This document shows positions 20,427-28,681 of a DNA stretch of 64,000 bases, piece by piece. The DNA is from an uncultured cyanobacterium (GTDB lineage: Bacteria > Cyanobacteriota > Cyanobacteriia > PCC-9006 > JAAUQQ01). The stretch spans positions 5,856,001 to 5,920,000 of the forward strand of contig OY970368.1 of the NCBI GenBank assembly GCA_963718615.1, read 5' to 3'. How positions within the stretch are numbered: position 1 is the first letter of the stretch; every line of letters begins with the position of its first letter. The notes beneath the pieces are model-generated. The model was not told where the DNA came from, did no database searches, and saw nothing but the letters and a program-made list of their open reading frames with translations. Both the position numbers and the translations under genes were made by a program.

Positions 20427-22367
20427 ATGCAGACTCAGGATCGAAACCCCGGACAGCCCCCGGTTGCAGGCATTGCGCTGGATCAATTGGCAGCGGCGAT
20501 CGCCAGGAACCAAGCCTATTTGCTCTCCCAGCAGGATGAAACCGGCTACTGGCAAGCAGAGCTAGAATCCAACGTCACCATAGCCGCCGAGGTCGTGCTG
20601 CTCTACAAAATCTGGGGGACGGACCGGGAACGTCCGCTGGACAAAGTCGTTCCCTACCTGCTCGGCAAGCAAGTCCGCAGCGGTGGCTGGGAGCTATTCT
20701 ACGGCGATGGCGGTGACCTCAGCACTTCGATCGAAGCCTACATGGCGCTCAAGATTCTGGGGATGCCCGCCACGGACCCGGCCATGCAGAAAGCGCGGGC
20801 GTTTATTTTGTCTAAGGGCGGCGTTACTCAAAGCCGGATTTTTACCAAGTTTCACCTAGCGCTGATCGGTTGCTATAGCTGGCGCGGCATTCCCTCGATT
20901 CCGCCCTGGATTATGCTGCTGCCCTACTCCTTCCCGATCTACGAAATGTCGAGCTGGGCGCGGGGCAGCACGGTGCCGCTGTTGATTGTCTTTGACAAAA
21001 AGCCGGTTTTCCCGATAGATACGCCCATCACCCTTGATGAACTTTATACCGAAGGTTACGCCGCTGTGGGACCGCTGCCGAGTAACCACAACTGGTCTGA
21101 TATTTTCCTCCATCTCGATAACGTTTTCAAACTTGCGGAAGACTGGAACCTGGTGCCGTTCCGGCAAGAAGGGCTGCGAGCTGCGGAAAAGTGGGTGATA
21201 GAACGCCAAGAGGCCACAGGGGACTGGGGTGGGATTATTCCAGCGATGCTCAATTCTATGCTGGCGCTGAAGGCGTTGGATTATGACGTCCATGATCCGA
21301 TCGTACAGCGGGGGTTGCAGGCGATCGACAACTTTGCCGTCGAAACCGATGCGCAATATCGCATGCAGGCTTGTGTTTCACCGGTTTGGGACACCGCTTG
21401 GGTGGTGCGGGCTTTGGTGGAATCGGGGTGCGATCGCAACCATCCTGCGGTCGTCAAAGGAGCCCAGTGGTTGCTGGACAAACAGATCTTTGACTATGGC
21501 GACTGGGCGGTAAAAAACCGTGAGGGTCAACCAGGGGCCTGGGCCTTTGAATTTGATAATCGCTTTTACCCAGATTTGGACGACACCGCTGTGGTGGTGA
21601 TGACGCTCAACCAAGTGCGCATGGACAGCGACAAACAGGAAGCGATTAAATTGGCTGCTATGCAGCGGGCCGCCAACTGGTGCGCCACCATGCAATGCAA
21701 AGCGGGGGGCTGGGCTGCGTTTGATCTGGATAATGATCAAGACTGGCTCAACCAAGTGCCCTACGGCGATCTCAAGGCAATGATCGACCCCAACACAGCG
21801 GATGTGTCGTCGCGAGTGTTGGAGATGGTGGGTGAAACCCCGGTGACGATGGCAGCACATCGAGTTCGGCGTGGCCTAGACTATCTGTTGCAGGAACAAG
21901 AAGCTGATGGCAGTTGGTTTGGTCGTTGGGGCGTCAACTATATCTACGGCACCAGCGGCGCGCTGTCGGCGTTGGCCTTGGTGGAACCCGAGCGGCATCG
22001 CAGTAGCATCGACCGGGGAGCTCAATGGCTTGTGGGTTGTCAGAACAACGATGGCGGCTGGGGCGAGACCTGCGAAAGCTACAAAGATAAAAGCCTCAAG
22101 GGCCAAGGCGAAAGTACCGCCTCGCAAACGGCTTGGGCTTTGATTGGTCTGTTAGCAGCGGGTGAGGGGATAGGAGTGTTTGCCTGGGAGGCGATCGAGC
22201 GAGGGGTCATCTACTTGCTCAATACCCAACGCAGCGACGGCACCTGGGACGAAGAGTATTTTACTGGAACCGGATTTCCTTGTCATTTCTACCTGAAATA
22301 TCACTTATATCAGCAATATTTTCCGCTCCTCGCCATTGGTCGGTATGCAAGGCTGCGTCAAGGTTAA
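20427..22367 (+). CDS. shc: Squalene-hopene cyclase
   Basis: QW repeats (QE.DGSW, QNNDGGWGE, QRSDGTW), catalytic DLDDTAVV, GRWGVNYIYGT, TGTGFP. Confidence 0.96.
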   Translation: MQTQDRNPGQPPVAGIALDQLAAAIARNQAYLLSQQDETGYWQAELESNVTIAAEVVLLYKIWGTDRERPLDKVVPYLLGKQVRSGGWELFYGDGGDLSTSIEAYMALKILGMPATDPAMQKARAFILSKGGVTQSRIFTKFHLALIGCYSWRGIPSIPPWIMLLPYSFPIYEMSSWARGSTVPLLIVFDKKPVFPIDTPITLDELYTEGYAAVGPLPSNHNWSDIFLHLDNVFKLAEDWNLVPFRQEGLRAAEKWVIERQEATGDWGGIIPAMLNSMLALKALDYDVHDPIVQRGLQAIDNFAVETDAQYRMQACVSPVWDTAWVVRALVESGCDRNHPAVVKGAQWLLDKQIFDYGDWAVKNREGQPGAWAFEFDNRFYPDLDDTAVVVMTLNQVRMDSDKQEAIKLAAMQRAANWCATMQCKAGGWAAFDLDNDQDWLNQVPYGDLKAMIDPNTADVSSRVLEMVGETPVTMAAHRVRRGLDYLLQEQEADGSWFGRWGVNYIYGTSGALSALALVEPERHRSSIDRGAQWLVGCQNNDGGWGETCESYKDKSLKGQGESTASQTAWALIGLLAAGEGIGVFAWEAIERGVIYLLNTQRSDGTWDEEYFTGTGFPCHFYLKYHLYQQYFPLLAIGRYARLRQG

Positions 22368-22459
22368 CCTCTGAATCGATCGTCCGATAACTATCTGATG
22401 TCTAGGGCTATGTCAATGGCATGGCCCTCTGAAAGTTTGGTCTGAGTGGCCCCCATAGA

Positions 22460-22921
22460 CTAGGACTCACAAGCTGCGATCATGATGCTGCTCGATTTGA
22501 TCACTGCAAATACTTCTTTCCCTTGAATAAGTCCTAATTTATCAGCAGATGTCCGAGTGACAATGGCAACTAGCTCGACACCGGGGGCGATCGCCAGGAT
22601 GACTTCCACATTGACTCTATCTTTCATAATTCGCTTAACTTTTGCGCGCAACAGATTACGAGCACTCAGTTGTACAGATGCCAATGTCGCGATGGGCATT
22701 GATTTTAGCGTCTCCTCGTTCAGGATTTCCTGACTTGAAGATTCAATATCTGTATCTATAATGTCATGAGTTTGAAGGAGGGCCTGTTGTCCCATATTTC
22801 GAATCATTTCTCTTAATATGTCGGTCTTAGTGCGCTGGGTTTGTTTACAAAGCTTTTCCAAAATTCGCCGTTCTTCCCCCGAGGATTGAAACGTAATCCA
22901 GCCTTGCTCTTTTCTTGGCAT
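22460..22921 (-). CDS. RHH-like N-terminus plus TOBE (Mop, molybdate-binding) domain protein
   Basis: MPRKEQGWITFQ..EERRILE..C....RTKTDILRE; C-terminal SARN.L...V...L.GKEV.AVIKSS.I Mop motif. Confidence 0.8.
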   Translation of the reverse strand: MPRKEQGWITFQSSGEERRILEKLCKQTQRTKTDILREMIRNMGQQALLQTHDIIDTDIESSSQEILNEETLKSMPIATLASVQLSARNLLRAKVKRIMKDRVNVEVILAIAPGVELVAIVTRTSADKLGLIQGKEVFAVIKSSSIMIAACES

Positions 22922-23058
22922 CACAGAATACAGAAATTTTGATAGACCCTTGCTAAAGTAACCGGCCAAGTTTGAGTTTAGCCATCAACTCATGCAAGTA
23001 TTAATGATAGCAAATGATGCTCTTAGATCATTCTGGTCCAAGAGCATCTTGTGAACAA

Positions 23059-23931
23059 TCAAAGTGAATAGGAGCGAATCTTCTTGTTCAATGTAGTTTG
23101 ACTCCGTTGAAATACAATCCGTTTGTGAATAGTTTGAAGAAATTTTTGTTTGATAAAAATAGATTGAAGGAGTATTTCGATCTCGCTTTTTTCTAACGTG
23201 TTATTATATTTTATATAGGCTGGTTCAATGCGAATAAACTGATTGAATCTATTAGTAACTGTGCCGATACGGGCTTGCTCGCCATTGGTAAGGACTAGAA
23301 ATTCATTAAATGAGAAAAAGTGAGGAAGATGAGCTTGATAGTTCGTGAGCTGTAGGTAAGCAGCACGTAATGACCAAGCTTCAGGACCAATATGTAGTCC
23401 ATGGAAAATAGTGAGGGGTAACCCATTGATAAATACCACTAGGTCTAAGCAGTGTTGATGCTCTCCATCAATTACTGGAAAGCCATGGATGACAAGCCAG
23501 TCATTGTTGTAGGGATTTGAAAAATCGATAAATTGTAAAGACTTTGCCCTCTGTAAGCTGGAGACCCTAGATTTAACCGGAATACCCTCTAATAACCCCA
23601 AATGCCATAGACGATTGTGTTGCACTAGAGGAATGCTACAATCCCTCGTAAGTTTTTGCAGAACTGCCTCAATGTCTGAGACCGAACAACTAGGATTGAT
23701 GCGTTGAATCGCAAGACGAAAGCGATCGCCCAAGACTCCCCTTCGACAACTTTGTAATATGGTTTGGTGTTGTCCAGAGACAATATCAGTCTGAAGCAAA
23801 ACTGCATAACCCAGCTTCTCAAAATGGGTCAGCATTCGATCTGTTGTGGGTGCAATCGATGGAGGGCTATAGGACCATAGGGAAACGGAGTCGTTCGGTC
23901 CGGTGACTGTTTGATTGAGGGTTCTATTCAT
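23059..23931 (-). CDS. Stand-alone HsdR N-terminal-like domain, no helicase, nuclease motif degenerate
   Basis: IDFSNPYNNDWLVI..F, DLVVFINGLPL, AY.QL..Y, LVLTNG..ARIGT. Ends before any DEAD/helicase region. Confidence 0.7.
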   Translation of the reverse strand: MNRTLNQTVTGPNDSVSLWSYSPPSIAPTTDRMLTHFEKLGYAVLLQTDIVSGQHQTILQSCRRGVLGDRFRLAIQRINPSCSVSDIEAVLQKLTRDCSIPLVQHNRLWHLGLLEGIPVKSRVSSLQRAKSLQFIDFSNPYNNDWLVIHGFPVIDGEHQHCLDLVVFINGLPLTIFHGLHIGPEAWSLRAAYLQLTNYQAHLPHFFSFNEFLVLTNGEQARIGTVTNRFNQFIRIEPAYIKYNNTLEKSEIEILLQSIFIKQKFLQTIHKRIVFQRSQTTLNKKIRSYSL

Positions 23932-24326
23932 GAACGTAAGAGGGTGTGAGTAGGAAGACGTCAGTCAGGATGATGATCGTCGAGATGCTGCCTTTGCCAA
24001 CTACATTTACCAACTATATTGGTATCACACCCTTCGGGGAGGTAGTCTTAAATCAACCACTGATTAGTTAATTAGCAATGTACTGATTGCTTGTAGCCCA
24101 TGCCCAGTGGTGCATTGAAATTTCTTTAAAGGTGACGTATACGTATTTTGGGGTTGGGGCGCTAGTATTTTCTCGTTGAGAGAGGAGATCCGCTAGCCGT
24201 CGTTTCCGCTAGCCGTCGTTACGGTGCCGTTGCTTGATACCACAGCACAGCGATGAAGGGGCGAGACCTGTGAAAGCTATCAGGACAAAAGCCTAGGAAT
24301 TACTGATTTTAGGTATGAATTCTCTA

Positions 24327-24354
24327 TAGGAACATGGCAATGCCATGCTCCTAC
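24327..24354. repeat. Short REP-like palindrome (GTAGG-type); degenerate sister copy at about 22403-22428
   Basis: TAGGAACATGGCA-A-TGCCATGCTCCTAC. Confidence 0.55.
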
Positions 24355-24462
24355 ATTGGCGATCGCAACCAGCACATGCATTCTTTAGTTCAACAAAACC
24401 AGGTTGAGAAACAACGGTAAGCCATGGCCCAGATTGCCGACAACCCTGACTTTGGCTATTGT

Positions 24463-26481
24463 CTAAATCCGCTGCAGACTTCCCGGCTTGGGTTCGGTTG
24501 GGCTATTGGCTAGCAAGATTTCCCGAATTAGACGGGCTGCGGTCTTTTGGGCCAGATTTCCCGCCACCTGTTGCCCCATGGTTTGTAGCTCCGGCTTGGA
24601 GAGCAAGCGGGGAATGAGGGGCAGGACCTTGAAGAGGTCAAAGCCTTGGGTTTCCCGTAAAATGCCCAGGATTCGCTGGAACCGCTCTAGGCTCTCGGCC
24701 TGTTCCAGCGGCAGGGGTGAGACTTCTTGCGGATGACTTTCGGGTTTGCTGCCCGTGGTGAATTCCCGCAGGCGATCCTGCGGCGTTTGGCGTAGCCAAT
24801 CGCGCAGGCTCAAAAAGCCTGAAGTCATTTGCTGAAGCGTGTTGCGGCCTAGGGCGTCAAGACCATTGACGATTTCGTCGACGAGGCGATCGCGAATAAA
24901 TTCCCCCCGTTCCGAAAACAGAAAATCAATGGTTTGATCCAAGACATTTTCAATGTCATAGTCATCACTATCCCGCGCATTGCTGAGCAAATTTTCCAGA
25001 CGATTCCAGCGGAACGAGCCGTCTTTGAACAGCAGGTCTCGCAGCGAGGCCCGCAGCGCTGGCGCAGGATCCGTCAACAATCGTTTGGAAATATAGGGAT
25101 AGGCTTTGCTCAGGACTTTGAACTCGGGATCCACATTGATGGCAATGCCTTCGAGGGTGACGAGGGAACGAATAATCAGTGCGTAGTAGGCCGGAACCCG
25201 GAAAGGATATTCGTACATCAGCTCCGAAAGCTGATCGGTCATGCTCTTAAAATTCAGCTCGGCGACGCTGCTGCCAAGGGCGTTGTTAAACACCGAGGCC
25301 AAGGCCGGAATAATCGGTTGCAGGTCGGTGTCGGGGGTCAAAAAGTCGAGCTTGACGTAGTCCTGGGCCAACATATCAAAGTCGCGATTGACCAGGTGAA
25401 CCACTGCCTCGATCAGGCCATAGCGCTGGTAGGGCTTGATCTCGCTCATCATGCCAAAGTCGAGATAGGCCAAACGACCATCGGGCATGGCTAACAAATT
25501 ACCAGGGTGAGGATCCGCATGGAAGAAGCCATGTTCGAGCAACTGCCGCAGGGAACACTGCACCCCCACTTCGATCAGCTTGGTGGGGTCATTGCCCTGG
25601 GCTTCGATCTGGGCCATTTGGGTGAGCTTGAGCCCGGTGATCCATTCCATCGTCAGGACCCGTCGTCCGCTGTAGTCCCAGTAAATCTTAGGAACATAAA
25701 TATCCTTGAGATGGCCGTAGAGGTTGGCAAAGCGCTCGGCGTTGCGGCCTTCTTGCTGGTAGTCCATCTCGTCGAAGATGCGATCGCCAAACTCATCCAT
25801 GATCGCCACTAGATCACTCTTGATCCGCGATCCCAGACGATTCATCGCCCACACCGCCAGCCCCCGTAGGATATAAATATCCAGCGTAATCTTCTCCGCC
25901 AGCCCCGGTCGCTGCACCTTCACCGCCACGTCTTCGCCCGTCTTGAGCCGACCCCGATAGACTTGGCCCAGGGAAGCCGCTGACACCGGAGAAGGCGTCA
26001 ATTCCGCATAGATTTCATGGGGAGGGGCTCCCAATTCTTCTTCGATAAACTGAAAGGCAATTTCATTGGGAAAGGCCGGCAGCTGATCCTGGAGCCGGGT
26101 CATCTCTTCTAGGTACACCGGCGGCAACAGGTCGGGTCGGGTTGATAACGCTTGGCCAATTTTGATGAAAGCCGGTCCCAATTCGGTCAAAATATCCCGC
26201 AACCGCACCGCTCGCTTGTGCTCATTGCGTTTTACCTGCCCGGTTTGCTTGTCCAAAAATAAACTGAGTACAAACGTCAAAATCGGCCATAGCACCCCAA
26301 GACAGCGGAATAGGACCTGGGTGGGACGATCTTTGTAATGGTTGGCGATCGCCTCCGGGTCATACCGCCGCAACATCGCATCCTCACCGGTCAAAACGGG
26401 GACCTCGGCGATCGGCTGACTCGGGACAGTGACCACCGACAAGCGGGGCGAAACATCAACAGGAGCATTGGCAACGGTCAT
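24463..26481 (-). CDS. ABC1/AarF/UbiB atypical kinase
   Basis: LGPAFIKIGQALSTRPD, AASLGQVY, VAVKVQRP, FHADPHPGN, DFGMM. Confidence 0.93.
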   Translation of the reverse strand: MTVANAPVDVSPRLSVVTVPSQPIAEVPVLTGEDAMLRRYDPEAIANHYKDRPTQVLFRCLGVLWPILTFVLSLFLDKQTGQVKRNEHKRAVRLRDILTELGPAFIKIGQALSTRPDLLPPVYLEEMTRLQDQLPAFPNEIAFQFIEEELGAPPHEIYAELTPSPVSAASLGQVYRGRLKTGEDVAVKVQRPGLAEKITLDIYILRGLAVWAMNRLGSRIKSDLVAIMDEFGDRIFDEMDYQQEGRNAERFANLYGHLKDIYVPKIYWDYSGRRVLTMEWITGLKLTQMAQIEAQGNDPTKLIEVGVQCSLRQLLEHGFFHADPHPGNLLAMPDGRLAYLDFGMMSEIKPYQRYGLIEAVVHLVNRDFDMLAQDYVKLDFLTPDTDLQPIIPALASVFNNALGSSVAELNFKSMTDQLSELMYEYPFRVPAYYALIIRSLVTLEGIAINVDPEFKVLSKAYPYISKRLLTDPAPALRASLRDLLFKDGSFRWNRLENLLSNARDSDDYDIENVLDQTIDFLFSERGEFIRDRLVDEIVNGLDALGRNTLQQMTSGFLSLRDWLRQTPQDRLREFTTGSKPESHPQEVSPLPLEQAESLERFQRILGILRETQGFDLFKVLPLIPRLLSKPELQTMGQQVAGNLAQKTAARLIREILLANSPTEPKPGSLQRI

Positions 26482-26659
26482 AGGACGGCGTGACGGGATG
26501 GGTGGATAGCTTAAAACATTGTAACAATCTAGCTGAGATTGCCCGGTCGGTCAGGAGGAGGAAGATCGTTCCGGTGAGAACCTGGCAAAATGACGTAAGG
26601 TTCTTGAGTGCGAATGTTCCACTTCGCTGCGGTGCTGCCATCGCTATGCTGGCCTTGCT

Positions 26660-28450
26660 ATGTTGCAATCCCTGGTTATTCAAAATTTTGCGCTGGTCGA
26701 TCGCCTGGACCTCCAACTGGGTGAAGGTTTGCATGTGTTGACCGGCGAGACGGGTGCAGGTAAATCGATTATTTTAGATGCCCTGGATGCGGTGCTGGGG
26801 GGACGGGTGCCGGGGCGGGTGGTCCGCACGGGGGAGACTCGGGCCACGCTAGAAGCGACGTTTAAGCTTCTGCCTACGCTCCAAATCTGGCTTCAGGAAC
26901 AGGACATTGATCCCCTGGAGGGCGAACAGCTCGTTTGTAGCCGAGAGATTGTTGCCTACGAGAATGGGGTCCGCAGTCGATCGCGCGTCAATGGCGTTTT
27001 GGTCAATAAACAGCAGATGGAGAGTCTGCGGGAACGCCTGGTGGAGATCACGGCCCAGGGGCAAACGGTGCAACTCGGTCAAGCGGCTCGACAGCGGGAC
27101 TGGCTCGATAGCTTTGGCGGGGAAGCGGTCCTGGCCCAACGGCAGCGGGTCGCCACGGACTATGGTCAGTATCAAACCGCCCGCAAACGTCTAGAACAAC
27201 GCCGCAAGGCGGAAGGACAACGGTTGCAGCAATTGGATATGTATCGCTTCCAGGCGAAGGAGCTGGCGGAGGCGAACCTTGAAAATCCCGACGAACTGGA
27301 CCAGCTCCAGCAGGAACACCAGCGGCTTGGCCATGCGGTGGAATTGCAGCAGCAAAGTTTCCAGATTTACAGCCTGCTCTATGAGAATGATGGCGATCGC
27401 AACGGCAGAGGCGGCACCGCCTGCGCTGACCGACTAGGCCAAGCGGAAGCGATTCTTCAGGATATGTTGCCCTATGATTCCAGTCTGCAAAGTCTGCTGG
27501 ACTTGGTGAACGAAGCCATTACCCAGGTTCAAGAAGCAGGACTCCAGATCAACAGCTATGGCAGCGGTTTGGAAACGGATCCGGAACGCCTCGAAGAAAT
27601 CGATGAACGGATTCGGGAACTCAAGCAAATTTGCCGTAAGTATGGACCCAGCTTGGGGGATGCGATCGCCTATTTTGAAAAAATCAATGCCGAACTGGCT
27701 AGCTTTGACGACGAGAGCCAAAGCCTCGAAGCCCTCGAAGCTGCTGCCCAAGTCGCCGAAACCCAGCTCAAAAAATCCTGCGGGCAGTTGCGATCGCTCC
27801 GCCAAACCGCCGCTCAAGCCCTGGAAACACGGTTGCTGGTCGAACTCAAACCCTTGGCGATGGAAAAGGTTAAGTTCCAAGTGCAACTGACGCCGATTAC
27901 TCCCACGGCCAGCGGAGCCGACGGCATTTGTTTTCTCCTCAGCCCTAATCCTGGCGAACCCCTGCAACCCCTGAGCGAAACGGCCTCCGGTGGGGAAATG
28001 AGCCGGTTTTTGCTGGCGCTCAAATCCTGTTTTTCCCAAATTGATCCGGTGGGTACGCTGGTGTTTGATGAAATTGATACGGGGGTTTCCGGGCGGGTGT
28101 CCCAGGCGATCGCCGACAAACTACGCCAACTGGGCGAACGGCATCAGGTGCTCTGCGTGACCCATCAACCGCTCATTGCGGCTGTGGCAAATTTACATTT
28201 TCGGGTGCAGAAGGAGGTGTTGGATAGCGATCGCACGGTCATCCGCGTCATTCCGCTGATTGAACGGGATCAGCGGCGGCAGGAGTTGGCGGAGCTGGCG
28301 GGGGGGAAATCGGCTCAGGAGGCGATCGCTTTTGCGGAGTCGTTGCTCAACCAGGCGCTGGATCCAGCGCTGAACACAGTTGCTGATCCATCTTCTCTGG
28401 TTTCTCCTGCTCCTAAGCGCGATCGGCGTCAGCGTCGTGCTCCGGCCTAG
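26660..28450 (+). CDS. recN: DNA repair protein RecN
   Basis: TGETGAGKS, coiled coil, ASGGEMSR, FDEIDTGVSG, CVTHQP. Confidence 0.96.
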   Translation: MLQSLVIQNFALVDRLDLQLGEGLHVLTGETGAGKSIILDALDAVLGGRVPGRVVRTGETRATLEATFKLLPTLQIWLQEQDIDPLEGEQLVCSREIVAYENGVRSRSRVNGVLVNKQQMESLRERLVEITAQGQTVQLGQAARQRDWLDSFGGEAVLAQRQRVATDYGQYQTARKRLEQRRKAEGQRLQQLDMYRFQAKELAEANLENPDELDQLQQEHQRLGHAVELQQQSFQIYSLLYENDGDRNGRGGTACADRLGQAEAILQDMLPYDSSLQSLLDLVNEAITQVQEAGLQINSYGSGLETDPERLEEIDERIRELKQICRKYGPSLGDAIAYFEKINAELASFDDESQSLEALEAAAQVAETQLKKSCGQLRSLRQTAAQALETRLLVELKPLAMEKVKFQVQLTPITPTASGADGICFLLSPNPGEPLQPLSETASGGEMSRFLLALKSCFSQIDPVGTLVFDEIDTGVSGRVSQAIADKLRQLGERHQVLCVTHQPLIAAVANLHFRVQKEVLDSDRTVIRVIPLIERDQRRQELAELAGGKSAQEAIAFAESLLNQALDPALNTVADPSSLVSPAPKRDRRQRRAPA

Positions 28451-28485
28451 TGGGCAAGTCCACGATGATGAGATCCATCGCAATT

Positions 28486-28593
28486 CGTAGGTTGGGTTGA
28501 GCCTTGCGAAACCCAACAGGGCCAAGGCGTTGGGTTTTTGCCTCAACCCAACAGGGCCGAGGCGTTGGGTTTCGTGCCTCAACCCAACCTACG
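28486..28593. repeat. REP-like inverted-repeat element, copy 2, with an internal ~35-bp tandem duplication
   Basis: CGTAGGTTGGGTTGAG...CTCAACCCAACCTACG; AACAGGGCC(A/G)AGGCGTTGGGTTT..TGCCTCAACCC occurs twice. Confidence 0.88.
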
Positions 28594-28681
28594 CAACTGG
28601 TACCCGATAATGAATTCTTGAAAACCTCATTCCTTCGTTGTTAGGAACTTGAAAATAAAAATTTAAGAACGGCTGAAGTGC

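Noticed and set aside
23059-23931. Functional type I restriction-modification system
   Set aside because: No helicase domains, the catalytic ExK is missing, and there is no hsdM or hsdS.
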